Assembly (NCBI GenBank): GCA_043778225.1
Contig: JAYWGM010000070.1
Coordinates: forward strand, 15,831 to 79,830
DNA: 64,000 bases
From: Deinococcales bacterium
Lineage (GTDB): Bacteria; Deinococcota; Deinococci; Deinococcales; JAAFIG01
Reading direction: 5' to 3'
Under the pieces are notes generated by a model. The model ran no database searches, was not told the origin of the DNA, and worked only from the letters and a program-made list of their open reading frames with translations. Of the stretch, positions 1 to 9,908 are shown in pieces. The stretch's first letter is position 1, and the number at the start of each line of letters is the position of its first letter. The position numbers and the translations under genes were made by a program.

Positions 1-2
1 AA

Positions 3-506
3 TGGATTCAACGTGGCAACGAGATAGACCTGTCTGCCCTACCAATCGGTAAAAATGTTCGGCTGGGCGCATATGCCTTTGATATTTCAAAAAGCATCAT
101 GCTCTGGGGGGCAAGACGCGAATGCCAAGACCTCCCCAAAAAAGTCAGCCTCGAGTTAAACCAAAGCGCCTCGAGTATTGCTTTTTTACATACGACGGGT
201 TGGCTATCGCCTTTAACCAGCCCACGCACCAAAATCGGAGCGTACACCGTGCAGTACACCGATGGCACAAGTACAGCCATTCCGCTCGAGTACGGACGCA
301 ACATCAGCGCTTGGACTGAGCCACTGATTAAAACCACGCTTTTTGACCCTGTATGGTCTGGACAAACCAAAGGCGGCTTGGAAGTTGGCTTGGTGGTCAT
401 GCCGTGGCAAAACCCCAAGCCGAACGTAAGCATCAAAAGCATCACCCTCGAGAGTGCAGGGCTACAAAGCAACCCAATTCTGATTGGTTTAACGCTGCTG
501 GACTGA
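3..506 (+). CDS. C-terminal part of a probable glycoside hydrolase (carbohydrate-binding-like C-terminal domain); 5' end outside window
   Basis: Frame open from window start; 'IAFLHT...IGAYTVQYTDG...IPLEYGRNISAW...WQNPKP..IKSI' resembles C-terminal modules of GH20/GH2-type enzymes. Confidence 0.45.
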   Translation, partial: WIQRGNEIDLSALPIGKNVRLGAYAFDISKSIMLWGARRECQDLPKKVSLELNQSASSIAFLHTTGWLSPLTSPRTKIGAYTVQYTDGTSTAIPLEYGRNISAWTEPLIKTTLFDPVWSGQTKGGLEVGLVVMPWQNPKPNVSIKSITLESAGLQSNPILIGLTLLD

Positions 507-1952
507 AAAACTCCTCGAGACAAACCCAGCCAAATCCAGCGCCATTTGTTCTAAACTTGGTTTATGAACGTACATCATGTGTCCAGCCTCGTAATACTTG
601 GTCTCGAGGTTCTGACGCAAATGGTTTGGGACTGCCAAGTGGTCAAATACATAGTCCGAAGCCCAATACGGGGTGGCGAGGTCGTAATAACCGTTTAAGA
701 CCATCACCCGTAAGTTTGGGTTCATGTTCATGGCTTTTCGCAAGGTCTCGGAAACATTGACGTATTTATTTTCAAATTCCTTGTATGACCACGGTTGCCA
801 AACTTTCCAACTCAAGATTTCATAGACCACATCGGTTTCAAACCCAAGCTCGGAGCGCACATATTGGTTAAAGGCTGCCGTGTATGCACCATAAATCGCG
901 GCGTAACTCGGGTCAAATTCAAAGTGCTGTCCTGCTGAATCACGGTCAGAAGCGGTAAACCTCGAGTCTAAGCGCCCGATAGTTTTACTTTTATGACGCA
1001 ATAATTCTTTGCAAAAACGCATAATCTCGAGCCGTAAGTGCGAATGCTCAACAAATTCTTTAGAAATTCCGGTCAAACGCGCCACTTCTTTGACGACCCG
1101 CGTTCGTTCGTTGCCCTCGAGCCGATGCCCCTTAAATAAGGCGCTTTGGTAGGCACTTTGGGCAAATTCTTCGGCTTGGCGCAAATGTGACTCGAGCGAT
1201 GCGCCTTTAACCTGACCATGGTAATGCGCCGTGGCAGCAAAAGCGGGCAAGTAAAGGGTGTGCGGTAAATCGTTACCCAGTTCAAAACGAATCGTCGAAA
1301 AATCCAGCACCGTCGAAACCAGCACCAAGCCATTGAGGTAGACCCCGTGGCGTTCTTGCAAGTAACCCGCTAAACCACTGGCTCGGGTTGTGCCGTAACT
1401 TTCGCCAGCCAAAAATTTAGGCGATAACCAGCGCTGTTCGCGGCTGATAAACAAGCGAATAAAATCGCCAACCGACTCTATATCCTTGGTAAAACCATAA
1501 AAATCTTTGGCTTTGCCGCCCTGCACGACCCTCGAGAAACCAGTGCCAACTGGGTCTATAAAGACCAAATCCGAATCTGCCAATAAAGTTTGTGGGTTAT
1601 CCTCGAGACCAAATGGCGGCGGGGTCAGTGCGCCAACATCGCCCATGACCACTTTACGCGGACCAAAGACACCCATGTGCAGCCAGACACTCGAGCTTCC
1701 GGGTCCGCCATTAAAACAAAAAGTAATCGGACGCTTGGCGGTCTCTGTGCCATTTAAGGTGTACGCCACAAAGAAAATCTGGGCTTGGGCTTGTTCGCCT
1801 TCCGAGACACCCTCTTTTTCGATTTCCGAACGCAGCACCATCGTGCCGACTCGAGCCGTGTACTCGAGTTTCTGCCCATGCAGCATCAGGCTGTGCTGGG
1901 TGGTGATGATTTTATCCTCGAGTGGCGGCACAACTTGGGTTTCTTCAGGCAT
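489..1952 (-). CDS. Serine carboxypeptidase, peptidase S10 family
   Basis: FNGGPGSSS, IDPVGTGFS, GESYG nucleophile, C-terminal AGHMMY. Confidence 0.9.
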   Translation of the reverse strand: MPEETQVVPPLEDKIITTQHSLMLHGQKLEYTARVGTMVLRSEIEKEGVSEGEQAQAQIFFVAYTLNGTETAKRPITFCFNGGPGSSSVWLHMGVFGPRKVVMGDVGALTPPPFGLEDNPQTLLADSDLVFIDPVGTGFSRVVQGGKAKDFYGFTKDIESVGDFIRLFISREQRWLSPKFLAGESYGTTRASGLAGYLQERHGVYLNGLVLVSTVLDFSTIRFELGNDLPHTLYLPAFAATAHYHGQVKGASLESHLRQAEEFAQSAYQSALFKGHRLEGNERTRVVKEVARLTGISKEFVEHSHLRLEIMRFCKELLRHKSKTIGRLDSRFTASDRDSAGQHFEFDPSYAAIYGAYTAAFNQYVRSELGFETDVVYEILSWKVWQPWSYKEFENKYVNVSETLRKAMNMNPNLRVMVLNGYYDLATPYWASDYVFDHLAVPNHLRQNLETKYYEAGHMMYVHKPSLEQMALDLAGFVSRSFSVQQR

Positions 1953-1960
1953 AAACCATT

Positions 1961-2416
1961 CTACGGCTTTTGGCGGTCGCTCGAGTCCATAATAATCGTG
2001 ACTGGACCATCGTTGAGTAAACTAACTTTCATATCAGTTTGAAAAATCCCTTCTTGTACTTCCAAACCTTCATTCCGCAGTGCCTCGCAAAATTCACGGT
2101 ATAAACGCCGTCCGTCTTCGCTGCTGGCGGCTTCGAGAAAACTTGGGCGATTACCGCCGCGAGTTTGGCTGTACAAGGTAAACTGCGAAACCGCCAAGAC
2201 CGCGCCGCCAACTTGCTCGAGCGATACATTCATTTTGCCAGCAGGGTCGTTGAAAATCCGCAACTTGGCAATTTTACGCGCCAAATAAGTGGCATCTTCT
2301 CGAGTATCCGATTTTTTAACCCCAAGCAGCACCAAAAAGCCCTGTTTGATGCTCGAGACAATTTTGTTGTCTACGGTCACACTGGCACTCGAAACGCGCT
2401 GCACCACCGCTCTCAC
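1961..2416 (-). CDS. dtd: D-aminoacyl-tRNA deacylase
   Basis: MRAVVQRV start, SQFTL motif, NDGPVT motif. Confidence 0.95.
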   Translation of the reverse strand: MRAVVQRVSSASVTVDNKIVSSIKQGFLVLLGVKKSDTREDATYLARKIAKLRIFNDPAGKMNVSLEQVGGAVLAVSQFTLYSQTRGGNRPSFLEAASSEDGRRLYREFCEALRNEGLEVQEGIFQTDMKVSLLNDGPVTIIMDSSDRQKP

Positions 2417-2694
2417 GCTTGGGCTTTCTCGCCGCTCTCGAGTGGTATTTCTGCCAAAAGCTGGGTCAGGCTTTGCACCGCACTGGTCAAGGTGCTGGCT
2501 TCTTCGGCGTTTAAGTTACCTCGGGTTTTTTGGCTCAACATCTCGAGTAAGCGCAAACTGCGTTCGGCGGTGGCTCGATTGCGGCTCAGACCATCGCGGT
2601 TCATTCGGGCGGTCAGGGCGTTAAATTGTCCAAGGCTGGTTTCGGCAGCCGCCGTTAAGCTATGAATCAGACCCAAAAAATCAGTATTTGCCAT
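2413..2694 (-). CDS. DUF1844-family small protein
   Basis: LLEMLSQKTRGNLNAEE motif; overlaps dtd start by 4 bp. Confidence 0.75.
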   Translation of the reverse strand: MANTDFLGLIHSLTAAAETSLGQFNALTARMNRDGLSRNRATAERSLRLLEMLSQKTRGNLNAEEASTLTSAVQSLTQLLAEIPLESGEKAQA

Positions 2695-2772
2695 GGCTTA
2701 TAAATTAACAGTTTTTTTGCTCGAGCAATGGGCTTCTCGAGCCACCTATTTCTCGGGTACAATAGTCACATC

Positions 2773-4620
2773 ATGACTCAATTTGTTGCTCCATCGGTAC
2801 AAGCCGTCTTACCCATGCCAGTCGGTCAAACCCTCTCGAGGATGTTTTTAGCCACTGCCCAGCGCCGCCAGAATGCCATCGCCCTGCGCCGTAAAGAATT
2901 TGGGGTCTGGAAAGGTATTTCGTGGCTCGAGTACGAGCAACAAGCCAGAGCCGTGGCTGGGGCGCTGCTGGCTTGGGGCTTAGAAGCCAACCAAAGTGTG
3001 GCGGTGCTGGGCGAGAACCGTCCAGAATGGGTGATTGCTGACCAAGGCATCATGTTGGCGGCTGGCGTAACGGCAGGTATTTATGCCACCAATGCCGCCG
3101 AGGGGGTGCAGTATGTTTTAGAGCATTCTGATTCGCGCTTTGTGATTCTCGAGAACATCGAACAGCTTGATAAAGTCCTAGAAGTGCGTGCCAGTCTGCC
3201 AAAACTCGAGCGGATTATCGTCATGGATGTTAAGGGCTTACAAAGTTTCAAAGACCCCATGGTTTTGTTCTGGCAAGATTTTTTACAAATCGGTCTGGCA
3301 TGGCTGCAAAACCCAAGCCACGCCGCCACACTGGAGGCACGGATTGCCAATCGCTTGCCCGACGACCCAGCGCTGTTTATTTATACTTCTGGCACGACTG
3401 GCAGACCCAAAGGCGCAATTTTATCGCATAAAAATTTGGTCTTTGCTTCGGGTTGTATGTCCAATCAGAATCCGATGTACGAAAGCGACGAAGTGCTGTC
3501 GTTTTTGCCGTTGTCGCACATCACCGAACGAATGCTCAGTGTGGCGTTTCCAAGCCGTTATGGCTTTGTGGTCAATTTTGTTGAAAGCCCCGAAATGGTG
3601 CTGCAAAATATCTATGAAGTTCGTCCAACAATCTTTTTTGCCGTGCCGCGCATCTGGGAAAAAATCATGAGCGGTATCGAAATTCGCATGACTCGAGCTG
3701 ATGCCTTAAAGCGGGTTGCCTTTCGCTGGGCGACGGCTCGAGGACGTGAGATGGGACGTGCCAAACTCGAGTCGCGCAGCCCAAGTGTTGCCAGTCAGAT
3801 TGCTTATTTGGGGGTACTGCGAAGCCTCAAACAAAAACTTGGCTTAGACCGAGCGCGTTTTGTGCTGTCGGGTTCTGCACCAATTGCGCCCAGTGTCCTC
3901 GAGTTTTTTCATGGGCTTGGAGTCCAAATCCGCGAAGGTTACGGGCAGACCGAAGGCGCGGCTGCCGCCACAATCCATCAGGGTTTTCCGTTTAAGCTCG
4001 GCACAGTCGGGCAAGCGCTGCTGGGTATCGAGATTAAAATTGCCACAGATGGCGAAATTCTACTGCGTGGCGACCATGTTTTTTTGGGCTACCACAAAGA
4101 CGAACGCGCCACCCAAGAAACGGTTCAAAACGGTTGGTTACTGACTGGCGATATTGGCGAACTGGACGAAGCTGGCAATTTAACGATTACAGGGCGTAAA
4201 AAGGATATTTTTATCACTGCCGCAGGTAAAAATATCGCACCAGCCTATATCGAAAATAAGCTCAAAGCCAGCAGTTTTATCAACGATTCGGTATTGATTG
4301 GCGACGCTAAAAAATTCTTAACCGCGATTGTTATTGTGGATGAAGACAGTGTGTCCGAGTGGGCGCAAGCGCGAAAAATTCCCTTCACGACCTACACCGA
4401 CCTTGTACAAAACGAAGACGTGGTTAAACTCATCGAGGGCGAAATCGAGACGGTCAATAAAACGCTGGCTCGAGCCGAACAGGTCAAAAAATTTAGGATT
4501 CTGCCAAAAAAATTAGCCCAAGAAGACGGTGATGTCACCCCGACCTTAAAAGTCAAACGTGCCAGCATCCTAAAAACCTATGCGGGTTTGATTGATTCCA
4601 TGTACCAAGGCAACGATTAA
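2773..4620 (+). CDS. Long-chain fatty acid-CoA ligase (AMP-dependent synthetase)
   Basis: YTSGTTGRPKG, EGYGQTE, TGDIG, ITGRKKD motifs; start placed at ATG 2773 (track start 2728). Confidence 0.9.
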   Translation: MTQFVAPSVQAVLPMPVGQTLSRMFLATAQRRQNAIALRRKEFGVWKGISWLEYEQQARAVAGALLAWGLEANQSVAVLGENRPEWVIADQGIMLAAGVTAGIYATNAAEGVQYVLEHSDSRFVILENIEQLDKVLEVRASLPKLERIIVMDVKGLQSFKDPMVLFWQDFLQIGLAWLQNPSHAATLEARIANRLPDDPALFIYTSGTTGRPKGAILSHKNLVFASGCMSNQNPMYESDEVLSFLPLSHITERMLSVAFPSRYGFVVNFVESPEMVLQNIYEVRPTIFFAVPRIWEKIMSGIEIRMTRADALKRVAFRWATARGREMGRAKLESRSPSVASQIAYLGVLRSLKQKLGLDRARFVLSGSAPIAPSVLEFFHGLGVQIREGYGQTEGAAAATIHQGFPFKLGTVGQALLGIEIKIATDGEILLRGDHVFLGYHKDERATQETVQNGWLLTGDIGELDEAGNLTITGRKKDIFITAAGKNIAPAYIENKLKASSFINDSVLIGDAKKFLTAIVIVDEDSVSEWAQARKIPFTTYTDLVQNEDVVKLIEGEIETVNKTLARAEQVKKFRILPKKLAQEDGDVTPTLKVKRASILKTYAGLIDSMYQGND

Positions 4621-4640
4621 GGTGTTAGATTAGAGACCGC

Positions 4641-5726
4641 ATGGCAATTACAATTCAGTTACATAAGCAAATGTTTAGCCAAACTCAACACAAGCTGCTC
4701 GAGACTCCAGATTTTCGAGCCGAGACTTTTTTATACCCCAGCGGAGTGCATGGTCTGCGGCTCGAGAACGCTCTTGGGCATTTAATCATGCTGCCGTTTC
4801 AAGGGCAGCAAATCTGGGATGCGGTGCTGCATGGGCGCTGCTTAACCATGAAAAGTATGTTTGAAGCGCCAAAGCCAACCCTGAGCTATTTAGAAAATTA
4901 TGGTGGTTTATTGCTGCACTGTGGAATCACCGCCATGGGTGTGCCAAGCGCAACAGACTCCCACCCGCTTCATGGCGAATTACCCAATGCACCCTATCAA
5001 AGTGCTTATTTGCGTTTATCCCAAGACCAGCACGGGGCATATTTGGCACTTGGCGGCACATACCAGCACACGGTTGCCTTTGCCCACAATTACCAAGCCA
5101 TGCCCGAAGTGCGTTTTTATGCCAACTCGAGCCATGTGGCGGTACATTTTGCAGTTCAAAACCTCAAAAACAGCCCAATGGAACTGATGTATCTGGCGCA
5201 CTTAAACCTGCGCCCCAAAGACGAAGCCGAGTTATTGTACAGCGCTCAGGTTTCGCCACAAACGGTGCGAATTCGCAAGACCATACCGGCTCATGCCCAA
5301 TTCTCGAGCCAAGCGTGGCAACAACTTGAGCAACTCGAGCAGCACCCAGAATGGCATCATCAGCTTAAAACTGGCGTAACTTACGACCCCGAAATTGTCT
5401 TTTTTATAGATTACCAAGCCGACCAAAACGGCTGGGCGCACAGCTTGCAGCAGCACCCGGATGGCACTGCCGACCATGTGATGCACCGCCCGAGCCAGTT
5501 ACCTGTAGGAGTGCGTTGGCTGACCCGCACGCCAGACCAAGATGGGCTAGGACTGGTGCTGCCAGCCACTGCCGAACCAACTGGTTACAGCAGCCAAAAA
5601 GCGGCTGGGCGAATCGTTGAAGTCGCGGCTAAGGCAAGTTGGTCTTGCGAATACCATTTTGCGGTTCTCGAGCCACAAGAAGTTGCCCCAATTGAAGCTA
5701 AAATACAAGCGATTCTCGAGCAGTAG
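4641..5726 (+). CDS. Aldose 1-epimerase-like protein (DUF4432 type)
   Basis: LLHCG...[22 protein letters not shown] motifs; first gene of a sugar operon. Confidence 0.7.
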   Translation: MAITIQLHKQMFSQTQHKLLETPDFRAETFLYPSGVHGLRLENALGHLIMLPFQGQQIWDAVLHGRCLTMKSMFEAPKPTLSYLENYGGLLLHCGITAMGVPSATDSHPLHGELPNAPYQSAYLRLSQDQHGAYLALGGTYQHTVAFAHNYQAMPEVRFYANSSHVAVHFAVQNLKNSPMELMYLAHLNLRPKDEAELLYSAQVSPQTVRIRKTIPAHAQFSSQAWQQLEQLEQHPEWHHQLKTGVTYDPEIVFFIDYQADQNGWAHSLQQHPDGTADHVMHRPSQLPVGVRWLTRTPDQDGLGLVLPATAEPTGYSSQKAAGRIVEVAAKASWSCEYHFAVLEPQEVAPIEAKIQAILEQ

Positions 5727-5734
5727 GAGGTCTT

Positions 5735-6739
5735 ATGGCAAGAAGTGTGACATTATTTACTGGGCAATGGGCAGATTTACCACTGGCAGAACTTGCGCCA
5801 CTGGCAAAAAGCATGGGTTATGATGGTCTCGAGTTAGCGTGCTGGGGTGATCATTTTGATGTCCAAGCGGCTTTGGCTAGTCCGAGTTATCTCGAGCAAA
5901 AACACGCTCTTTTGGAACAACATGGTCTGACCTGCCACGCAATTTCGGCGCATTTGGTCGGGCAAGCCGTCTGCGACCATATAGACGAGCGCCACAAGGC
6001 TATTTTGCCGCCTCATGTTTGGGGCGATGGCAACTCCGAAGGTGTGCGCCAAAGAGCAGCCCTCGAGATTGCCGATACGGCTCGAGCGGCGGCAAAATTT
6101 GGAGTCAAGACGGTCAATGGTTTTACTGGCTCGAGCATCTGGCACACCTTGTATGCTTTTCCGCCAACCAGCCAAGCCTATTGGGAGGCGGGTTTTACCG
6201 ATTTTGCTAAGCGTTGGCTACCGATTCTCGAGGTCTTTGACCAGCACGAGATCAATTTCGCACTCGAGGTTCACCCGACCGAAATTGCTTTTGACACCGC
6301 CAGTGCCGAACGGGCTTTATTGGCATTAAACCACCACAAACGCTTTGGTTTTAATTACGACCCAAGTCATTTGGGCTATCAAGGCGTGGATTATGTGCGT
6401 TTCATTCGCACCTTTGCCAAGCAAATTTTCCATGTTCATATGAAGGATGTTTGGTGGGGACATGGCACGGGCGAAGCTGGGGTTTTTGGTGGACACACCA
6501 GCTTTGGCGACTCGAGGCGCTTCTGGGATTTTCGCAGTGTTGGGCGCGGCGATATTCACTTTGAAGAAATTATTGTGGCGCTCAACGACATTGGTTACAC
6601 AGGTCCGCTTTCGGTCGAGTGGGAAGATAGCCGCATGGACAGAATCCATGGCGCAACCGAAAGTGCCGCCTACTGTAAAAAACTCGATTTTAAGCCAAGC
6701 ACCAGAGCTTTTGACAGTGCTTTTGAAAAGGAGCAATAA
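5735..6739 (+). CDS. Sugar phosphate isomerase/epimerase (AP-endonuclease-2 TIM barrel)
   Basis: [47 protein letters not shown]. Confidence 0.85.
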   Translation: MARSVTLFTGQWADLPLAELAPLAKSMGYDGLELACWGDHFDVQAALASPSYLEQKHALLEQHGLTCHAISAHLVGQAVCDHIDERHKAILPPHVWGDGNSEGVRQRAALEIADTARAAAKFGVKTVNGFTGSSIWHTLYAFPPTSQAYWEAGFTDFAKRWLPILEVFDQHEINFALEVHPTEIAFDTASAERALLALNHHKRFGFNYDPSHLGYQGVDYVRFIRTFAKQIFHVHMKDVWWGHGTGEAGVFGGHTSFGDSRRFWDFRSVGRGDIHFEEIIVALNDIGYTGPLSVEWEDSRMDRIHGATESAAYCKKLDFKPSTRAFDSAFEKEQ

Positions 6740-6742
6740 ATC

Positions 6743-7888
6743 ATGCAGCGTAAACTCAGGTACGGAATGGTCGGTGGCGGGCGCGATGCCTTTATTGGAG
6801 CAGTTCACCGTAAAGTCATGGCACTGGATGGAATGTATGAACTGGTGGCTGGCGCACTCTCGAGCCACCCCGAAAAAGCGATTTTATCTGGGCAAGACTT
6901 GGGTTTAGCCAGAAATTATGGCACGTGGCAAGCCATGCTCGAGTCCGAAATGGCACTGCCCACCGAACAGCGGATTGATGTTGTCAGCATTGTTACCCCT
7001 AACCATGTGCATTACCCCGTGGCACAGGCTTTTGCATCAGCCGGCATCCATGTGATTTGCGATAAACCCCTTGTCCACACTTCCCAGCAAGCCCAAAGCC
7101 TGCTTGAGACCGTCAAAAAGTCTGGCGTGGTCTTTGCTGTGACCTACAATTACACGGGCTACCCAATGGTCAAGCAAGCTCGAGAAATGGTGCAATCTGG
7201 GCAGCTTGGACAAATCCGCAAAATTATTGTTGAGTACAACCAAGGCTGGCTTGCCACCAAACTCGAGGAATCTGGGCAAAAACAAGCCGATTGGCGCACT
7301 GACCCAGCCAGAAGCGGCGCGGCTGGCTGCATTGGCGACATTGGCTCGCACGCCGAAAACCTGATGCACTGCGTGACTGGACTCGAGCTAGAAAGCATCT
7401 GTGCCGACTTAACAACTTTTGTTGAAGGCAGGCAACTCGACGACGATGGAAATTTGCTGATGCGTTTTGTGGGCGGCGCAAAAGGGGTAATGATTGCTTC
7501 GCAAATCCAGATTGGTGGCGAAAACGATGTCCGTTTGCGGGTTTTTGGTACCCAAGGCGGCATCGAGTGGCATCAGGAAAACCCAAATTATCTCGAGTAC
7601 AACCCAGTTAATGCCCCACGCCAAATCCTGACTCGAGGCTCTGGTTATGTCGGTGCCGCCGCCCAAAAAGCCAGTCGGATTCCGGCGGGGCATCCAGAAG
7701 CTTTTTTAGAAGCCTTTGCCAATGTTTATATTGGTGCTGCCGAAGCCATCCATGCCAAACTCGAAGGGCGCAGCCTTGGCGCACTCGAAGGCGATTACCC
7801 GACCCTCGAGGACGGCGCACGAGGTGTGAAATTTATTGAACGCACCGTAGAAAGCGCTGGCTCGCGCCAGAAATGGACAGCTTTTTAA
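6743..7888 (+). CDS. Gfo/Idh/MocA family oxidoreductase
   Basis: [25 protein letters not shown] motifs. Confidence 0.9.
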   Translation: MQRKLRYGMVGGGRDAFIGAVHRKVMALDGMYELVAGALSSHPEKAILSGQDLGLARNYGTWQAMLESEMALPTEQRIDVVSIVTPNHVHYPVAQAFASAGIHVICDKPLVHTSQQAQSLLETVKKSGVVFAVTYNYTGYPMVKQAREMVQSGQLGQIRKIIVEYNQGWLATKLEESGQKQADWRTDPARSGAAGCIGDIGSHAENLMHCVTGLELESICADLTTFVEGRQLDDDGNLLMRFVGGAKGVMIASQIQIGGENDVRLRVFGTQGGIEWHQENPNYLEYNPVNAPRQILTRGSGYVGAAAQKASRIPAGHPEAFLEAFANVYIGAAEAIHAKLEGRSLGALEGDYPTLEDGARGVKFIERTVESAGSRQKWTAF

Positions 7889-9072
7889 GGTTTAATTTTC
7901 TCGAGTATATCAGCAGCAATTCGGGCTGCACCACCCGCTAAGCCCATGCGTTCAAGCCCAACCGCTCGAGCCGCTGTCTGGTCGGCTTGGCGAATTGCCC
8001 TGACCAAATCCAAAGGGCTTGGTTGCTCGAGTAAGGTCAATCCAGCCCCAAGTAACCGAGCTTGGGCTTGGGCAAAATTTTTGGTGTACTGTGGTCCTTT
8101 GGTGGCAAAGCCAATTACGGGTTTTCCAAGTCCCACAGCTTGTTCGTTGCCTGTACCGCTCGTGCCAAGTACGACCTGTGCTTGGTGCAGCAAAGCTGCA
8201 AAACTATGGGTGTGCATTAAAACCTGTGCTCCATTGGTGTGCAAGGCTGCTCGAGAGTTATCCACAGAATCTCGAGTTATCCACAGCCAGTTTGTGGATA
8301 ACTCGAGGCGTGAATCAAATTGCGTCAGGGCTGCAAAAGTCTGGTATTCGGGCAGCAGTGCCGCCACCTCAAGCATTTTTGGCAGGCTCTCGAGGTGGTC
8401 GTCACGTGTTCCGGGCAGCAGCAGCAGCACTGGCTGACCATTCAAAATAGGGCTTAAATCCAATTCTGGCTCGAGGCAATCCATCATCAGGTTGCCCAAA
8501 AAACTTGCGTGGGCTACCCCAAGTTCTTGCAGCCATTGGGCGGTGCGGCTATCCCGTGCATAGACATGGCGCACCATATTTTTCATCAGCCATAATTCTG
8601 GAGCAGTAAAACTGTCTACCGTTACACGGTTGAGGCGCTCGAGTTTATTCTTGGCGCTCATTCCGTCTTGGTAGTAGCGACTGACCAAGGGCTGAACCTG
8701 AAAAACAATTGGCTTGGCTTCCTTAAAAGCAAAAAGTTTGGTCACACCAAGCGCATAAATGTCGCCAACCACAATCACTACATCGGCTTTGGCACGACGC
8801 ACCGCCCAGTGTTGTTGGTGGGTCTGTTGGCGCATTCCGTCGCGCCAATCCTCGAGCAACCGCGCCAAGCTGGTAAAGGTAAACCCGCCTGACGGCGGTG
8901 ACCAACGCGGACCCAAAACGCGCACCCCAAGCTGCTCATAAGGATTACCAGCCCCAACAATTGGTACAGCCTCGAGTTCAAAATCTGGGCGTAGCCTCTG
9001 AAATTCTTTTGCCAACCGAGCGCCAAGGGTATCTTCGCCGTGACCGTTGGAAATAAAAAGAATTTTGGGCAT
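7885..9072 (-). CDS. Lipid-A-disaccharide-synthase-related GT-B fold protein
   Basis: SNGHGED start, [39 protein letters not shown]. Confidence 0.75.
   Translation of the reverse strand: MPKILFISNGHGEDTLGARLAKEFQRLRPDFELEAVPIVGAGNPYEQLGVRVLGPRWSPPSGGFTFTSLARLLEDWRDGMRQQTHQQHWAVRRAKADVVIVVGDIYALGVTKLFAFKEAKPIVFQVQPLVSRYYQDGMSAKNKLERLNRVTVDSFTAPELWLMKNMVRHVYARDSRTAQWLQELGVAHASFLGNLMMDCLEPELDLSPILNGQPVLLLLPGTRDDHLESLPKMLEVAALLPEYQTFAALTQFDSRLELSTNWLWITRDSVDNSRAALHTNGAQVLMHTHSFAALLHQAQVVLGTSGTGNEQAVGLGKPVIGFATKGPQYTKNFAQAQARLLGAGLTLLEQPSPLDLVRAIRQADQTAARAVGLERMGLAGGAARIAADILEKIKP
8258..8301. promoter_or_regulatory. Cluster of three consensus DnaA boxes inside a CDS
   Basis: TTATCCACA 8258-8266, TTATCCACA 8277-8285, TGTGGATAA 8293-8301; CTCGAG at 8250, 8271, 8302. 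Confidence 0.7.
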
Positions 9073-9132
9073 AGGCGATATCTAGTTTACCTTGTGTTGT
9101 CACCGCGTAGCGCAAAAAGTAGACTAACAAAC

Positions 9133-9651
9133 ATGAACCCAGAGCGCCCAACGCTAGAAGAACACTTGCCCTACTTCTCGAGGTACATTGACCTTGTGCC
9201 GGAAGGCGACATCAATACCCTGCTCGAGTCGCAATTGATGCCATTTGAAGCCAAGCTCAGAGCTTTGAGTGCTGACCAGTTGCAGCACCGTTACGCCCCA
9301 GAAAAATGGAATACGCTACAAATCATAAAGCACTTGTCGGATACCGAGCGGGTTTTTTCGTATCGAGCCGTCCACTTTGCTCGAGGCGACAGCAGCCCAT
9401 TGCCGAGTTTTGACCAAGATACATGGCTCAAACAGACCACCAGCCAAGACCTCGATAGGTTGTTGCTCGAGTGGCAAAGTGTGCGGCAGTCGGCAGTCTA
9501 TCTTTTCTCGAGCTTAGATGGTGCTGCGTGGTTACGCCGTGGGACTGCCAGTGGTCATCCGATGAGTTCGAGGGCGTGTGCTTATATTATTGTTGGGCAT
9601 CTGATGTATCACCAAGAGTTGCTGCGCCAAAAATATGGCTTGGCGGTTTAA
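9133..9651 (+). CDS. DinB family protein
   Basis: YAPEKW..QIIKHLSDTERVFSYR, GHLMYH; TAGACT -10 7 nt before ATG. Confidence 0.85.
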   Translation: MNPERPTLEEHLPYFSRYIDLVPEGDINTLLESQLMPFEAKLRALSADQLQHRYAPEKWNTLQIIKHLSDTERVFSYRAVHFARGDSSPLPSFDQDTWLKQTTSQDLDRLLLEWQSVRQSAVYLFSSLDGAAWLRRGTASGHPMSSRACAYIIVGHLMYHQELLRQKYGLAV

Positions 9652-9807
9652 GCTAAGTCAAAACGCTAAAGACAAGTTGATTTTCACTTGAGTGAACCAG
9701 CCAAGATAATCCTTATTCTCGAGCCTCAACCACTGGCGGCGGTAGGCTTTCAGGTTGTTGCTGTTTAGGCAAGGCGCGGCTCAGTCGAGAATTGTTCTCT
9801 AAGCCCC

Positions 9808-9826
9808 TTGACATGGAAGCGCTTCC
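9808..9826 (+). promoter_or_regulatory. -35 box plus LacI-family operator upstream of pullulanase
   Basis: TTGACA 9808-9813 followed by perfect palindrome GGAAGCGCTTCC 9815-9826. Confidence 0.6.
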
Positions 9827-9908
9827 TCGGGAAACTGGTACATCCCTTGTCAAATATCCAGCTTTCGAGCCAAAACTCGAGTGCTTTTGACTCGAGTCTT
9901 GGAGGTTT

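Noticed and set aside
8200..8350. DnaA-box cluster as oriC
   Set aside because: Inside an intact ORF, only three boxes, no AT-rich unwinding element and no dnaA/dnaN nearby
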